From: Candidatus Campbellbacteria bacterium
GTDB taxonomy: Bacteria; Patescibacteriota; Minisyncoccia; Phycocordibacterales; EsbW-18
Assembly (NCBI GenBank): GCA_045863475.1
Contig: BTUR01000003.1
Span: forward strand, 8,647 to 72,646
DNA: 64,000 nucleotides
Direction of reading: 5' to 3'
In this document: positions 1 to 10,696 of the stretch, one piece after another
How the letters are laid out: every line of letters starts with the position of its first letter
How positions within the stretch are numbered: the first letter of the stretch is position 1
The notes under the pieces: model-generated
Told to the model about the DNA's origin: nothing
Database searches by the model: none
Seen by the model: the letters and a program-made list of their open reading frames with translations, nothing else
Program-made: the position numbers and the translations under genes

Positions 1-118
1 AACCTAATCAACCGGATATCAACCGTTTGAATATTCATGGGTGTATTGTAGCGCGGGGCACGTGTCGTATACTAGTGGTGTGGTGTTTATAATTCGTTAA
101 TCGTTTTTTCACAAAACT

Positions 119-769
119 ATGCATCTATCAATCAAAGAGATGTTTCGTGCATCCTGGGCGACGTTCAAGAAAAACGCTTGGATGTTCGTTGGTGCGACCG
201 CAGTCGTCGGCGTAGCCTCGGTCGTGTTGGACTCATTGTCTGACAACACAGACGGTCTTATCGAAGCTATCATCAGCGTGTTCACTGCAGTAACGCTTTG
301 GTGGCTGTACATGGGCTTCTTGCGCATGGCGCTGACCGCGTACGCCGGCGGCATGCTCAAATTTGAGATGTTGTTCTCAGGCCGCTGGCCGATGCTTTTG
401 CAGTTTGCAATCGCATCACTGCTTACCGGTATTATCGTTGCAATCGGTATCGTACTCCTCATTGTTCCGGGCATCATTGCGCAAATGGGTCTCCTGTTCG
501 CCGCGCTCTTTGTTGTTGATAAAGGGATGAAGGGTATTGATGCCATGAAGGCCAGCTGGAAGCTGACGAAGGGACACCGATGGAATCTGTTTCTCGCATT
601 CCTCGTTCTTATTCTTTTCAACGTTGCCGGTGCACTCGCATTTGGTGTCGGCTTACTCGTTACCGTGCCCATGTCGCTTGTTGCACTTGTGTACTTGTAC
701 CGAGAGTTGGACCGGGGTATTCAGCCGCAGGTCGTGTCTGCTGCACCCGCAGCTGCACCGCAGGCATAA
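119..769 (+). CDS. polytopic membrane protein with Pro/Ala-rich C-terminus, function unknown
   Basis: 216-aa ORF with several hydrophobic helices. The antisense ORF 109..672 is less plausible. Confidence 0.5.
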   Translation: MHLSIKEMFRASWATFKKNAWMFVGATAVVGVASVVLDSLSDNTDGLIEAIISVFTAVTLWWLYMGFLRMALTAYAGGMLKFEMLFSGRWPMLLQFAIASLLTGIIVAIGIVLLIVPGIIAQMGLLFAALFVVDKGMKGIDAMKASWKLTKGHRWNLFLAFLVLILFNVAGALAFGVGLLVTVPMSLVALVYLYRELDRGIQPQVVSAAPAAAPQA

Positions 770-893
770 GGTAGACATACAACGAATGAAAAAATTCTCC
801 GCACCGTTTCGTCGCGGAGAATTTTAGTTCATCAGGTATCTTCCAAAAGAGCAGTTTTTTGGGTAGTATAGTGCTGTCCGATCGCCGGACGGC

Positions 894-966
894 GCCGATG
901 TAGCTCAGTTGGTAGAGCACGTCCATGGTAAGGACGGGGTCGCCGGTTCAATCCCGGCCATCGGCT
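894..966 (+). tRNA. tRNA-Thr (anticodon GGT)
   Basis: Cloverleaf: acceptor GCCGATG/CATCGGC, D-arm GCTC-AGTTGGTA-GAGC, anticodon stem CGTCC/GGACG with loop ATGGTAA, T-arm GCCGG-TTCAATC-CCGGC. No encoded CCA. Confidence 0.85.
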
Positions 967-1115
967 CAAGGTTTTCCCTCACCGGCCGGGATTGAACGGC
1001 GAAGGGGGTCGGGGAAACTGTAAGTTTCCCCGTGGAGGAAGGCAGATTGCCGAAGGCAATCGTCGGAAAACCGTGGGTTTCCGAGGTTGTGAAATCCCGG
1101 CCATCGGCTCAGGTC

Positions 1116-1188
1116 GCCACCTTAGCTCAGTTGGTAGAGCACGGCTTTCGTAAAGCCGGGGTCCCGAGTTCGAATCTCGGAGGTGGCT
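1116..1188 (+). tRNA. tRNA-Thr (anticodon CGT)
   Basis: Acceptor GCCACCT/AGGTGGC, anticodon stem CGGCT/AGCCG with loop TTCGTAA, T-loop TTCGAAT. Confidence 0.85.
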
Positions 1189-1339
1189 CAGAAATTGACG
1201 CGCCCGAAAATCACATATACTATTGCCGCGCCACCAGAACAGCGATCGCCCATTGGGCACGCCAGGCTAGTACCCGAGGGTTCGCCCGACGACGGGAATG
1301 CCGCGTTCTGGTGGCTTTTTCGTCTGGTATACTTGAGTC

Positions 1340-2236
1340 GTGGAAAAGGCAGATATTGAGAAAAAAATCGCGCAATTGGAGGCGGTGATGGGAATGCCGG
1401 ACTTCTGGAACGACAAAGAAAGCGCACAGCAGGTCATCCGCGAATATCAAGAACTCAAATTGCAGTCGGAAGGGAAAGAGCGGCACGATTTGGGCAATGC
1501 CATCGTGACCATCTTTGCAGGCGCGGGCGGCACCGACGCCGAGGACTTTGCGCGCATGCTCACGCAAATGTACTTCGCGTATCTCTCGCGTAAGGGTTGG
1601 GAGTACGACATTCGTCATCAAAACGAAAACGACCACGGTGGTGTGAGAAATATCACGTTTGAAGTAGAGGGGAAGGGTGCGTACGGCGAACTGCGACATG
1701 AAGAAGGCGTGCACCGGCTCGTGCGCATCTCACCGTTTAATGCCAACGACCAGCGACACACGTCCTTTGTCATGGTTGAGGTACTGCCGAAGCTTGAAGA
1801 GAAAGGAGAGGTGGAGATTCCGGAAACCGACCTGGATATTCAGTTCGCGCGCTCCAGTGGTCCAGGCGGACAAAACGTCAATAAGCGCGAAACTGCCGTA
1901 CGAATCGTTCACAAACCGACGGGTCTTGCCGCGCACGCGGCAACACAGCGCAGTCAGGCGCAAAATCGCGCATATGCGCTGGAGATTTTGCGCGGAAAGT
2001 TGTATCATAGGCAGCAGGAAGAGAAGTTGCGCGCCGCGCGTGGCATCTCTATTTCAGCGACGACGGACGCGGAGTGGGGAAATCAGATTCGGTCATACGT
2101 CCTGCATCCCTACAAAATGGTAAAAGACCATCGGACGGATGTGGAAGTTCGTGATGTCGACGCGGTGCTCAAAGACGGAGACCTGGACGTCTTCATCGAG
2201 GCACACAAGAAACTCGCAACAGAAGACACTCAATAG
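1340..2236 (+). CDS. prfB: peptide chain release factor 2 (compact form, apparently without programmed frameshift)
   Basis: SPF motif ([15 protein letters not shown]) and GGQ motif ([11 protein letters not shown]). The N-terminus [29 protein letters not shown] aligns with the E. coli RF2 post-frameshift segment [29 protein letters not shown]. The start codon is taken as GTG 1340, which is uncertain. Confidence 0.85.
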   Translation: MEKADIEKKIAQLEAVMGMPDFWNDKESAQQVIREYQELKLQSEGKERHDLGNAIVTIFAGAGGTDAEDFARMLTQMYFAYLSRKGWEYDIRHQNENDHGGVRNITFEVEGKGAYGELRHEEGVHRLVRISPFNANDQRHTSFVMVEVLPKLEEKGEVEIPETDLDIQFARSSGPGGQNVNKRETAVRIVHKPTGLAAHAATQRSQAQNRAYALEILRGKLYHRQQEEKLRAARGISISATTDAEWGNQIRSYVLHPYKMVKDHRTDVEVRDVDAVLKDGDLDVFIEAHKKLATEDTQ

Positions 2237-2240
2237 CACG

Positions 2241-2927
2241 ATGCACATGATTTCATTCGACAACGTCAGCAAGATATATTCAGACGACTCGAGGGCGCTT
2301 GAAGAGGTTACCTTTTCAATCGATCCGGGCGAGTTTGTATCCATCGTCGGTCACTCCGGTGCCGGTAAGACAACACTCCTGAAACTGCTCCTTATCGAAG
2401 AGCGACCGACATCCGGCTCGGTATTTTTGGGCGAGACCGATATCCACTCGCTCTCGCGTCGCGAAATAAGCGATTTGCGCCGCCGCATCGGTATGATTTT
2501 CCAGGATTTCAGACTGCTTCCGCAGAAGACCGCGTTTGAAAACATTGCGTTTGCCATGGAGGCGGCCGGTCGTGATGATGCGGACATTGAAAGCGATGTG
2601 CCGTACGCACTTGAACTCGTGGGACTCTTGGACAAAGCGTGGAAGTTTCCGCACCAAATGTCCGGCGGAGAAAAACAGCGCTTGGCTATCGCGCGCGCCA
2701 TCGTCAATCAGCCCGATGTGCTCGTTGCCGACGAACCGACAGGAAACCTCGATCCGCTCAACACGTACGAAGTCATTCAGATTCTTAAAAAAATTAACGA
2801 CCTCGGCACGACGGTGCTGCTCACGACGCACAACAAAGGCGTTATTGATAGCTTGGGCAAGCGCGTCATCACGATGGATAAGGGTCGCATCACGCGCGAC
2901 GACAAGGAGGGTCGTTACGTCATTTAA
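2241..2927 (+). CDS. ftsE: cell division ABC transporter ATP-binding protein FtsE
   Basis: Walker A GHSGAGKTT, ABC signature LSGGEKQRLAIARA, Walker B VLVADEPTGNLD. The ATG lies 5 nt after the prfB stop and the gene is followed by ftsX. Confidence 0.9.
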   Translation: MHMISFDNVSKIYSDDSRALEEVTFSIDPGEFVSIVGHSGAGKTTLLKLLLIEERPTSGSVFLGETDIHSLSRREISDLRRRIGMIFQDFRLLPQKTAFENIAFAMEAAGRDDADIESDVPYALELVGLLDKAWKFPHQMSGGEKQRLAIARAIVNQPDVLVADEPTGNLDPLNTYEVIQILKKINDLGTTVLLTTHNKGVIDSLGKRVITMDKGRITRDDKEGRYVI

Positions 2928-2936
2928 TACATCACT

Positions 2937-3863
2937 ATGTTGTGGACCAAAGTAAAACGAGTAACGAAGGCGGGGTTTGTGAATTTTTGGCGCAACGGCT
3001 TCGTGTCGTTTGCGTCAGTGCTCATCATGGTGGTGACACTCTTTACGCTCGGTGCGGTCGTATTCCTTGGCGCAGTGCTTGAGTCCTCGCTCTTACAGCT
3101 TCAGAATAAGGTGGACATCAACGTCTACTTCATGACGGATGCTCCTGAAAGCGATATTTTGAGCCTTAAAACGTCACTAGAAGCCCTTCCGGAGGTTTCT
3201 TCGGTTGAGTACATCACACGTGAAGACGCGTTGGCAGACTTCCGCGAGCGCCACGCCGACGACCAGACCATTTTAGGCGCGCTTGAGGAGCTTGATGACA
3301 ACCCGCTTGGTGCGGTCTTCAATATCAAAGCGCGGGAGACGTCCCAGTACGAAGCGGTCGCGGCGTTTCTTGAAAGCGACGCGGCGCTCGGCGCGGGAGC
3401 CCAACCCATCATTCAGAAAATCAACTACTACGACAACAAGGTGGTCATTGAAAAACTCTCCGACATCATCAATTCAACCGAGCGTCTCGGTTTCGCGCTT
3501 TCACTCGTACTCATCTTCCTTTCCCTTATCATCACGTTCAACACCATCCGGCTCGCGATTTACACCGCGCGCGAAGAAATTTCGGTCATGCGACTCGTCG
3601 GTGCATCCAATCGCTATGTGCGCGCACCGTTCGTTGTTGAGGGTGTCATGTACGGTATTGCCGCGGCAGTTGTCGTACTTATCCTTTTTTACCCGTTGAC
3701 GTTGTGGGTGGGACCAATGACCGAGCGTTTCTTCGGTTCCATCAATGTGTTTGACTACTACCTTGAACATTTCGGGCAGATGTTCCTCATTATCTTCTTG
3801 TCAGGCATCGTGCTCGGCGCCGTTTCCAGCTACCTGGCGGTTCGTCGGTACCTAAAAGTGTAG
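2937..3863 (+). CDS. ftsX: cell division permease FtsX
   Basis: 308 aa: an N-terminal TM helix, a periplasmic domain and three C-terminal TM helices. It sits immediately downstream of ftsE. Confidence 0.85.
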   Translation: MLWTKVKRVTKAGFVNFWRNGFVSFASVLIMVVTLFTLGAVVFLGAVLESSLLQLQNKVDINVYFMTDAPESDILSLKTSLEALPEVSSVEYITREDALADFRERHADDQTILGALEELDDNPLGAVFNIKARETSQYEAVAAFLESDAALGAGAQPIIQKINYYDNKVVIEKLSDIINSTERLGFALSLVLIFLSLIITFNTIRLAIYTAREEISVMRLVGASNRYVRAPFVVEGVMYGIAAAVVVLILFYPLTLWVGPMTERFFGSINVFDYYLEHFGQMFLIIFLSGIVLGAVSSYLAVRRYLKV

Positions 3864-3873
3864 ACGTCGTTGT

Positions 3874-4092
3874 ATGGAGCCACGAAGGAACATCCTCAGA
3901 TACTTCGCAAAGGATCTCTCCATCGTCGTGGGACTTGTGCTCGTGTGGCGCGGCATTTGGTACGTACTTGATGGCATTGACCTCGTGTTCTTCGGCGGAC
4001 ACCACGCTGAAATTGCACTCATCTCCATTGTCATTGGTCTGCTCGTGCTGTATCTCCCTGACCACGACCTCAAAGAAATCGAGAAGCTCTAG
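3874..4092 (+). CDS. small two-helix membrane protein
   Basis: 72-aa hydrophobic ORF 10 nt after ftsX. Confidence 0.4.
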   Translation: MEPRRNILRYFAKDLSIVVGLVLVWRGIWYVLDGIDLVFFGGHHAEIALISIVIGLLVLYLPDHDLKEIEKL

Positions 4093-4640
4093 GATATCTT
4101 TTGCAGCACGGCCTCAACCTGTTCGTGGAGTTCCGGCATTGTGCCGTTATTTAAAATATTGAAATCTGCGAACGCAATCGGTCCCCCTTTCTCGATTTTT
4201 TCTATTTCCTCGATATCTCGAGCCGCAGCTTCTTCTTGTGTAAAGGGGCGGACGGGACGGTTTCTTAAGCGTGTGTAACGGATAGCTCTGTCAGAACAAA
4301 CAGCCAACACAAAGACGCGCTTCGGAAACTCTTTATTGAGCAGTGCCAGTTCGCTCCAGCTGTAGAGTCCGTCAAGTATTACGGTATTCGTTGCCAGAAG
4401 TTCTTTGATTACGGGAAGTGAGAGTACGGCAACCCCCGCCATCCCATGCTGTGCGCGCAACTCTTTTCGAACAAGACTCTCATTCTCGGCATTCCGCTCT
4501 AAACCCCTTCGCTCCACCTCTTGTATTATTTGTCCGCCGAAATACACGCTCGGAAACCCCCTTTCTCCAAGATATTTGACCACTTCTCCTTTTCCGGATC
4601 CTGGCATACCGACTATGGCAATGATTTTATTTGTATTCAT
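4089..4640 (-). CDS. P-loop nucleotide kinase (dephospho-CoA kinase/cytidylate kinase-like fold)
   Basis: Walker A IAIVGMPGSGKGEV near the N-terminus; 183 aa. Confidence 0.6.
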   Translation of the reverse strand: MNTNKIIAIVGMPGSGKGEVVKYLGERGFPSVYFGGQIIQEVERRGLERNAENESLVRKELRAQHGMAGVAVLSLPVIKELLATNTVILDGLYSWSELALLNKEFPKRVFVLAVCSDRAIRYTRLRNRPVRPFTQEEAAARDIEEIEKIEKGGPIAFADFNILNNGTMPELHEQVEAVLQKIS

Positions 4641-4654
4641 ACGTGCTATGTATT

Positions 4655-5842
<1,188 letters not shown>

Positions 5843-5912
5843 AGTACGGTCAGTGTACGCCCTCCCAAGCCAGTTTTCTAGTTCCTCAATCTTATTTACC
5901 TATTCGCGCGAA

Positions 5913-7295
5913 TTAGATTCTGCCGCGTATTTCAAATTCAGGTTCAATGTCCACGGGGATGTTCGATAATCCCGCTAACACCGGCTCAAACTCCTCGATT
6001 TTCTTTCCCCATACGTTCACAAATTCAGCTGCTCTTGTGTAGTCCTTTGAAAGCGCAAGTTGTGCGAATGCATCTCCGAGAGATTCCTCTGATGCGCGAA
6101 TTTTCTCCTCGTCAAGAATGAACTTGCCATTCTTAAGCATCAGTCCGCCGTGGGAGAGTAGCCAGCGGTATTGGATAATGGTGCCGATGGCGTGGGCCTC
6201 TTCTTGTCCGAAACGAATCTGACGAAGACCGTCAATTACTTTTGCAATAGCTGCGGCGCGTGCGGTTTCTTGCGGAATGTGTCCACGGTCAGCGAGCCAG
6301 TAGAGAAAGAGCAGGCCGAAGACGTCAGCTTTTCCTTCCTCGAGACCGTGCCCGAGCTCGCGAAGTCCGTCTTTGCAGTAGAGTCCGAGTCCGTGCGCAA
6401 GCTCATGCCCAATGATAAAGAGTGTGTAATCGTCGGCAGAGAATGAGTTAGCAACCTCAGGGGACACGACGAGTTGTGCAATAGGCAGGGTAATGGTTTG
6501 AAACTTTGCGCGGATAATATTGCGCAAGAACACCTGTTTGCTTCCCGCGCGAATTTTTATTTCGGTATCGTTCGGAAGATTGTATGCCATGGGGGTGTAG
6601 CCGGCTTTCGAGTGACCGCCTGCGGCAACCTCGTCAACAATGAGCATGGTACGTGTGCTACTGCCCGGTGTGTAGCCGTATTTCTGTGCAAGCTCATTGT
6701 CGAACTCCCCGGCCCATTTTTGATAGTCAGCAAGACGTGCGTTTTCTTCCTTGAGCACTGTGCTGATTACAATCTCAAAACTTCGTTTTTTGCCCCAAAT
6801 CATGTCCTCGTATTCCTCGTACGGACCAATGGTCAGTTCGATGGGTGCCTCGGAAAGTGGTATCCAAAGCAAATCTCCCGGTGTAAAGTCGTTGTTCTCA
6901 AAATCACTTGCACGGGTCTCAATGAACGTCTTAAGGTTTGGGTGCGAAATTTTTTGTGCTGCCACACGAAGCCCGGCCGAAATTTCCATGAGTTCCCTCT
7001 TATATTCCTCCGAATAGGGAATAGCAGTTAATTGTTCTCCATTTTTACGTACGACAGTAAAATGACTTTCAAGAACGTCTCTTTTCTCCGGATGCTCTAC
7101 AAGATACTTTTCGAACTCTCGTGCGGTGAGCCCATCAGGATAAAACGTTTGCACACCTGCACGTGGTACCTGTTTTCGGTATAGCGCATCAACAAGTGGC
7201 ACAACTCTTTTGAGTTCCTCAAGGGCCTGCTGGTTCTCTGTGGATAGGTCAGAAATGTCCGCGGGAACCGTTATTTTTGTTCGTCGGTGTGTCAT
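5913..7295 (-). CDS. Zn-dependent metallopeptidase, DPP III (M49)-like
   Basis: HExxH (IIGHELAHGLGL) followed by EEGKADVFGL, which matches the HExxxH...EExxAE/D arrangement of M49-type peptidases. 460 aa. Family assignment is tentative. Confidence 0.55.
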   Translation of the reverse strand: MTHRRTKITVPADISDLSTENQQALEELKRVVPLVDALYRKQVPRAGVQTFYPDGLTAREFEKYLVEHPEKRDVLESHFTVVRKNGEQLTAIPYSEEYKRELMEISAGLRVAAQKISHPNLKTFIETRASDFENNDFTPGDLLWIPLSEAPIELTIGPYEEYEDMIWGKKRSFEIVISTVLKEENARLADYQKWAGEFDNELAQKYGYTPGSSTRTMLIVDEVAAGGHSKAGYTPMAYNLPNDTEIKIRAGSKQVFLRNIIRAKFQTITLPIAQLVVSPEVANSFSADDYTLFIIGHELAHGLGLYCKDGLRELGHGLEEGKADVFGLLFLYWLADRGHIPQETARAAAIAKVIDGLRQIRFGQEEAHAIGTIIQYRWLLSHGGLMLKNGKFILDEEKIRASEESLGDAFAQLALSKDYTRAAEFVNVWGKKIEEFEPVLAGLSNIPVDIEPEFEIRGRI

Positions 7296-7468
7296 TGGGT
7301 CATTTTCTTAAACTCCTCTAATGTCTCGGGGATCTCGGTAAAACCGTCGTCTGCGGTGATATGACCGCCGTTGTGCATGACGATAATTTCTGCACCAACG
7401 TCTGTAAAGTTCTTTTTGTTGATTTCGAATGCATTGTAGGGGTCGTTGCGCGATGCAAGCGGTTCCAT
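7292..7468 (-). CDS. small ORF (58 aa) translationally coupled to the downstream metallopeptidase
   Basis: Not in the ORF track because it is under 60 aa. Its TGA overlaps the peptidase ATG (ATGA). It fills the def-peptidase gap. Product MEPLASRNDPYNAFEINKKNFTDVGAEIIVMHNGGHITADDGFTEIPETLEEFKKMTQ. Confidence 0.3.
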   Translation of the reverse strand: MEPLASRNDPYNAFEINKKNFTDVGAEIIVMHNGGHITADDGFTEIPETLEEFKKMTQ

Positions 7469-7471
7469 TGG

Positions 7472-8026
7472 TTATTTCTTCTTTTTCTTCTTTAGAATGC
7501 GTTTTTTAAATTCAGAAAAGGTCATGAGGGTTTTCATGTCTTTCATGCGGTCTACGTAGACAACACCGTTGAGGTGGTCAATTTCATGTTGAAAGATGCG
7601 TGCCCACAGACCCGAAGCTTTCTCGGTAATTCTTTTTCCTTGTTCATTCGTGTACGAAACGGTTATTGACTCTGAGCGGGGAACGGAGCCACGTACTCCT
7701 TTTAGACTCAAACAACCTTCCCAATCAGGAACCTTTTTGTTTGAAAAACGTGTGATTTTTGGATTGACAATAACAATCGGTCCTTTGTGGGGCAATTTCG
7801 GTCGTGTTGGAGTCGGATGCATTTCCATGACAGCGATTGCAAGCGACACATCGATTTGTGGTGCGGCGAGTCCAACACCTCCGACCCGTCGCATCGTATA
7901 AATCATGCGCTGAATAAGGTCTTTGAATTTTCTTGTTTTTAAAAATCCAGGAGATACGCGCTTGGCCTTTTTACGTAGAACAGGGTTCCCAAACTCTGTT
8001 CTCGGAAGAACGTGTTTTTTAGGCAT
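7472..8026 (-). CDS. def: peptide deformylase
   Basis: Motifs GVGLAAPQI, EGCLS, QHEIDHLNG. Start chosen at MPKKHVLP because the longer ORF would overlap the tRNA-Gln gene. Confidence 0.85.
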   Translation of the reverse strand: MPKKHVLPRTEFGNPVLRKKAKRVSPGFLKTRKFKDLIQRMIYTMRRVGGVGLAAPQIDVSLAIAVMEMHPTPTRPKLPHKGPIVIVNPKITRFSNKKVPDWEGCLSLKGVRGSVPRSESITVSYTNEQGKRITEKASGLWARIFQHEIDHLNGVVYVDRMKDMKTLMTFSEFKKRILKKKKKK

Positions 8027-8111
8027 ATTGGAAAGAATACGCCTGTTTTGGAGAGTCGGAAAGGGATTGAAAAAGGGTCCAAAATGGCGTAAAATGCGCT
8101 CCGTACGACGC

Positions 8112-8182
8112 TGCCGGATCATCTAATGGTAGGATACATGACTCTGAATCATGTCATCTAGGTTCGAATCCTAGTCCGGCAA
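8112..8182 (+). tRNA. tRNA-Gln (anticodon CTG)
   Basis: Acceptor TGCCGGA/TCCGGCA, anticodon stem CATGA/TCATG with loop CTCTGAA, T-arm CTAGG-TTCGAAT-CCTAG. Its 3' end serves as an integration site and is repeated downstream. Confidence 0.8.
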
Positions 8183-9637
8183 CAAAGTTGAAATTTCTCG
8201 ATTTGGGGCACCTTTTGCAATAATCGAAAAGGGCTTTTTATATTGTAAATTAACAATTTCTTTATCTTTAAAGTAAACGTTCCAAAGTAGAGAATTCAGT
8301 ATCTTGTATTTTTTCTCATCACTACCATCCAAAAATGTTTTCGTGGCTCTACTGCTTTCTAAAAAGATTTTCTTGGTCTGTTCCAAAGTATCTTTACGAG
8401 ACCGTGCTTTATCTTCAAGATCACTAAGCTGGCTATCAATCTCAACCCTACGATTGCCTGAGACACTCATTTTTGACCTATAAAGCTCGTCTGTGATTAT
8501 TCCCGAGGCGAATCCATCAGTCAGCCGGGACTCACGCTCTAGGAGCATTTTAAGCTCCTCTCGAAGGGCGTCGATGGCTAGATCACGTCTTTCAGAGTCT
8601 ATACCTATTTTTTCTCGAGCAGACTGGTACATGATTTCAATTAAATCTTCGTCGAAGTAAAGAGTCTCGAGTTCATGCCCTAATTTTTTAACGATGTCCT
8701 CCTCACGCATGTACAATGACTTCTGAGAACAATTTCCCTTACCGTTCGTACAGTAGTAATAACGATGACCTTTCTTCAAAGATGCAGTGAGCATACATCC
8801 ACATTCATGGCATCTCATTGGACCACGAAGTGGGAAGAAGAGCGTTTGTCTTTTAGGGCGAGACGTTCCATTTAGAACTTCCTGTGCCCGATTAAAGAGA
8901 TCTTTTGTAATTATGGGTTCATGGGCACCTTGATAAAATTCACCATCACGTTCCATCATTCCGTAATAGAAAGGATTTACGATTACTCGATGAACAACTG
9001 AGCGAAACACCTTTCCTCCGGATGGAGTTCGAAGCCCCTCTGAAAAAAGAATGTTGGCAATGTCTCTAAAAGATTTTGTACCTGTTGCATATAACTCAAA
9101 CATCCTGGTAATCCAGTGAACCATCGTTGGGTTAATAACGACAGACTTTGTAGAAGGATTATTTAGGTAGCCATATGGTGCACGATTTGGCCACTCGCCA
9201 CGTTCTAACTTTGCTCTATTTCCACGCTTAACATTTGTGCTTAAATCTCTGACATATTGATTTGCCATTCCAAGCTCTACAGCCATCATGAGAACATTGT
9301 CTGTCGGGTAGTAATCTCTTTCAAAAGTTTTTATGTGTTTGATGGTGTTTTGTTGTAGCAACCAACTCACGCTTCCACCGTCCATAGGGTTTCTTGCAAG
9401 ACGATCAAGTTTCCAACAAAGAATACCGTCCGCTTTTCCATTAGAAAGTAACCCCATCATTTCATTAAAGTAGGGGCGACCGGGTGCTTTTGCAGACATA
9501 CTCTCCTTAAACGTTCGCACAATTTGAATCTGTTCCTTCTCAGCAACACGAAGAAGTTCTGATTCTTGAGAATCAAGCGACATTATTTGGCGGTCTTCTG
9601 ATTCGGATGATTTTCTACAGTAAAGAATATATCGCAT
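8171..9637 (-). CDS. large serine recombinase (resolvase/invertase N-domain, recombinase domain and zinc ribbon)
   Basis: N-terminal catalytic region YCRKSS...DRQ...SLDSQ, central recombinase domain, C-terminal zinc ribbon CHECGCM...YYYCTNGKGNC. Its stop codon lies inside the tRNA-Gln 3' end. Start codon uncertain; the long ORF runs to 9658. Confidence 0.85.
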   Translation of the reverse strand: MRYILYCRKSSESEDRQIMSLDSQESELLRVAEKEQIQIVRTFKESMSAKAPGRPYFNEMMGLLSNGKADGILCWKLDRLARNPMDGGSVSWLLQQNTIKHIKTFERDYYPTDNVLMMAVELGMANQYVRDLSTNVKRGNRAKLERGEWPNRAPYGYLNNPSTKSVVINPTMVHWITRMFELYATGTKSFRDIANILFSEGLRTPSGGKVFRSVVHRVIVNPFYYGMMERDGEFYQGAHEPIITKDLFNRAQEVLNGTSRPKRQTLFFPLRGPMRCHECGCMLTASLKKGHRYYYCTNGKGNCSQKSLYMREEDIVKKLGHELETLYFDEDLIEIMYQSAREKIGIDSERRDLAIDALREELKMLLERESRLTDGFASGIITDELYRSKMSVSGNRRVEIDSQLSDLEDKARSRKDTLEQTKKIFLESSRATKTFLDGSDEKKYKILNSLLWNVYFKDKEIVNLQYKKPFSIIAKGAPNREISTLLPD

Positions 9638-9644
9638 ACTATAG

Positions 9645-10421
9645 TTAGCATACACCATCGTCTGGAATTTTGAAAAGACGGTGTCGACACTTTCCTAACC
9701 ACTGAGTTTCGTACTCCTGATCAAATTCGGCAGAAGTTTCTTGTACCTGATAGTCATCTAATATCGGCCAGATAGGATAAGTACCCGAGAGAAATCTTGG
9801 ACGGGCGATATTTCTGGAGGCAACATACGCCTTCTTATTCTTTAGTCTCGGATCAATAAATGCTTTTGACATATATTTTGCGAGATAAAAAGAAAGTCTA
9901 TTTGAACCATCTGTTTTCTTTAGGAAGACGTGACCTCTTTTCCAGGATCTTCTAAGTGAACGAGTTTTCCGTTCTTGTACGTATACTTCAGTGGGTAACC
10001 CCCAGAACAAAGCGTGGAAATGAACTGCTCCACGTTTTTGAAACTCCGGGACACAGATATACTTGAAATCTTTTCCGTATTTATATCGGAGAGATTGGAC
10101 AAAAGTCTTGTAATCTCTGTATCCGACGGCAATATCGGTTTCGTTCTCTTTATAGGTAAGAGTAACGAGTAAAGGAGATTGAGATCCTGACAGGTTGCAT
10201 GCCACAATCCTTCTAAAAGCCATATGTGCGCGTTTAGCATTATCCTGTCTTTTCCCCAACTGTTTTTTCGAAAGAGTATCTTGTCCATCAGCTCGAATAT
10301 CCTCACTTGCATGAGTACTGCCATGACTTCTACGGGATCGTCTGGGGATCGGCTTCGGCTCTTTTTCGAATTCAAAGAGTTCCAGGTTATTTCCGTAGAT
10401 GATAATTTTTTTGTATGCCAT
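9645..10421 (-). CDS. HUH-superfamily rolling-circle replication initiator (Rep)
   Basis: Motif I LLVTLTY, motif II (HUH) VHFHALFWG, motif III YLAKYMSK. 258 aa. Confidence 0.7.
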   Translation of the reverse strand: MAYKKIIIYGNNLELFEFEKEPKPIPRRSRRSHGSTHASEDIRADGQDTLSKKQLGKRQDNAKRAHMAFRRIVACNLSGSQSPLLVTLTYKENETDIAVGYRDYKTFVQSLRYKYGKDFKYICVPEFQKRGAVHFHALFWGLPTEVYVQERKTRSLRRSWKRGHVFLKKTDGSNRLSFYLAKYMSKAFIDPRLKNKKAYVASRNIARPRFLSGTYPIWPILDDYQVQETSAEFDQEYETQWLGKCRHRLFKIPDDGVC

Positions 10422-10439
10422 TTTTTCATTTGTATTAAG

Positions 10440-10649
10440 TTAGTTAACTAGCAAGTCAGAAAGAGCCTGGTTCTCGCGCCCACGCACGCGCGGAGAACCA
10501 GGCTCTTCCTCTGCCAACGCCAAGAAAACAGAGCTCAAAACACCAGCATACTCACGAGCAGTATCGATTGAGATCGTTTTCGAGTATCGTTTGTTGAAAT
10601 AATCCTGAATTTTCAGAACTAGTTCTGTTGAATAAATAAACCTCTCCAT
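10440..10649 (-). CDS. hypothetical small protein of the mobile-element module
   Basis: 69-aa ORF in the minus-strand operon between the 210-aa protein and Rep. Confidence 0.3.
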   Translation of the reverse strand: MERFIYSTELVLKIQDYFNKRYSKTISIDTAREYAGVLSSVFLALAEEEPGSPRVRGRENQALSDLLVN

Positions 10650-10696
10650 ACAGGGGAGAGGTTAAAATTCTTATATTACGGTGATCTACCGTACAT

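Noticed and set aside
109-672. 187-aa minus-strand ORF overlapping the membrane-protein gene
   Set aside because: It is antisense to a hydrophobic TM-rich ORF and has no motifs. The plus-strand gene is the better call.
1261-1340. An upstream leader ORF for a +1 frameshift in prfB
   Set aside because: No frame upstream of 1340 encodes an RF2-like N-terminal peptide. The TGA is in the same frame as the RF2 body, so a canonical +1 shift cannot be reconstructed.
6474-7031. Plus-strand ORFs inside the metallopeptidase gene
   Set aside because: Antisense to the HExxH peptidase and Cys-rich nonsense-like composition.
9920-10429. 169-aa minus-strand ORF in an alternative frame over the Rep gene
   Set aside because: The overlapping frame carrying the HUH motifs I-III is clearly the real gene.
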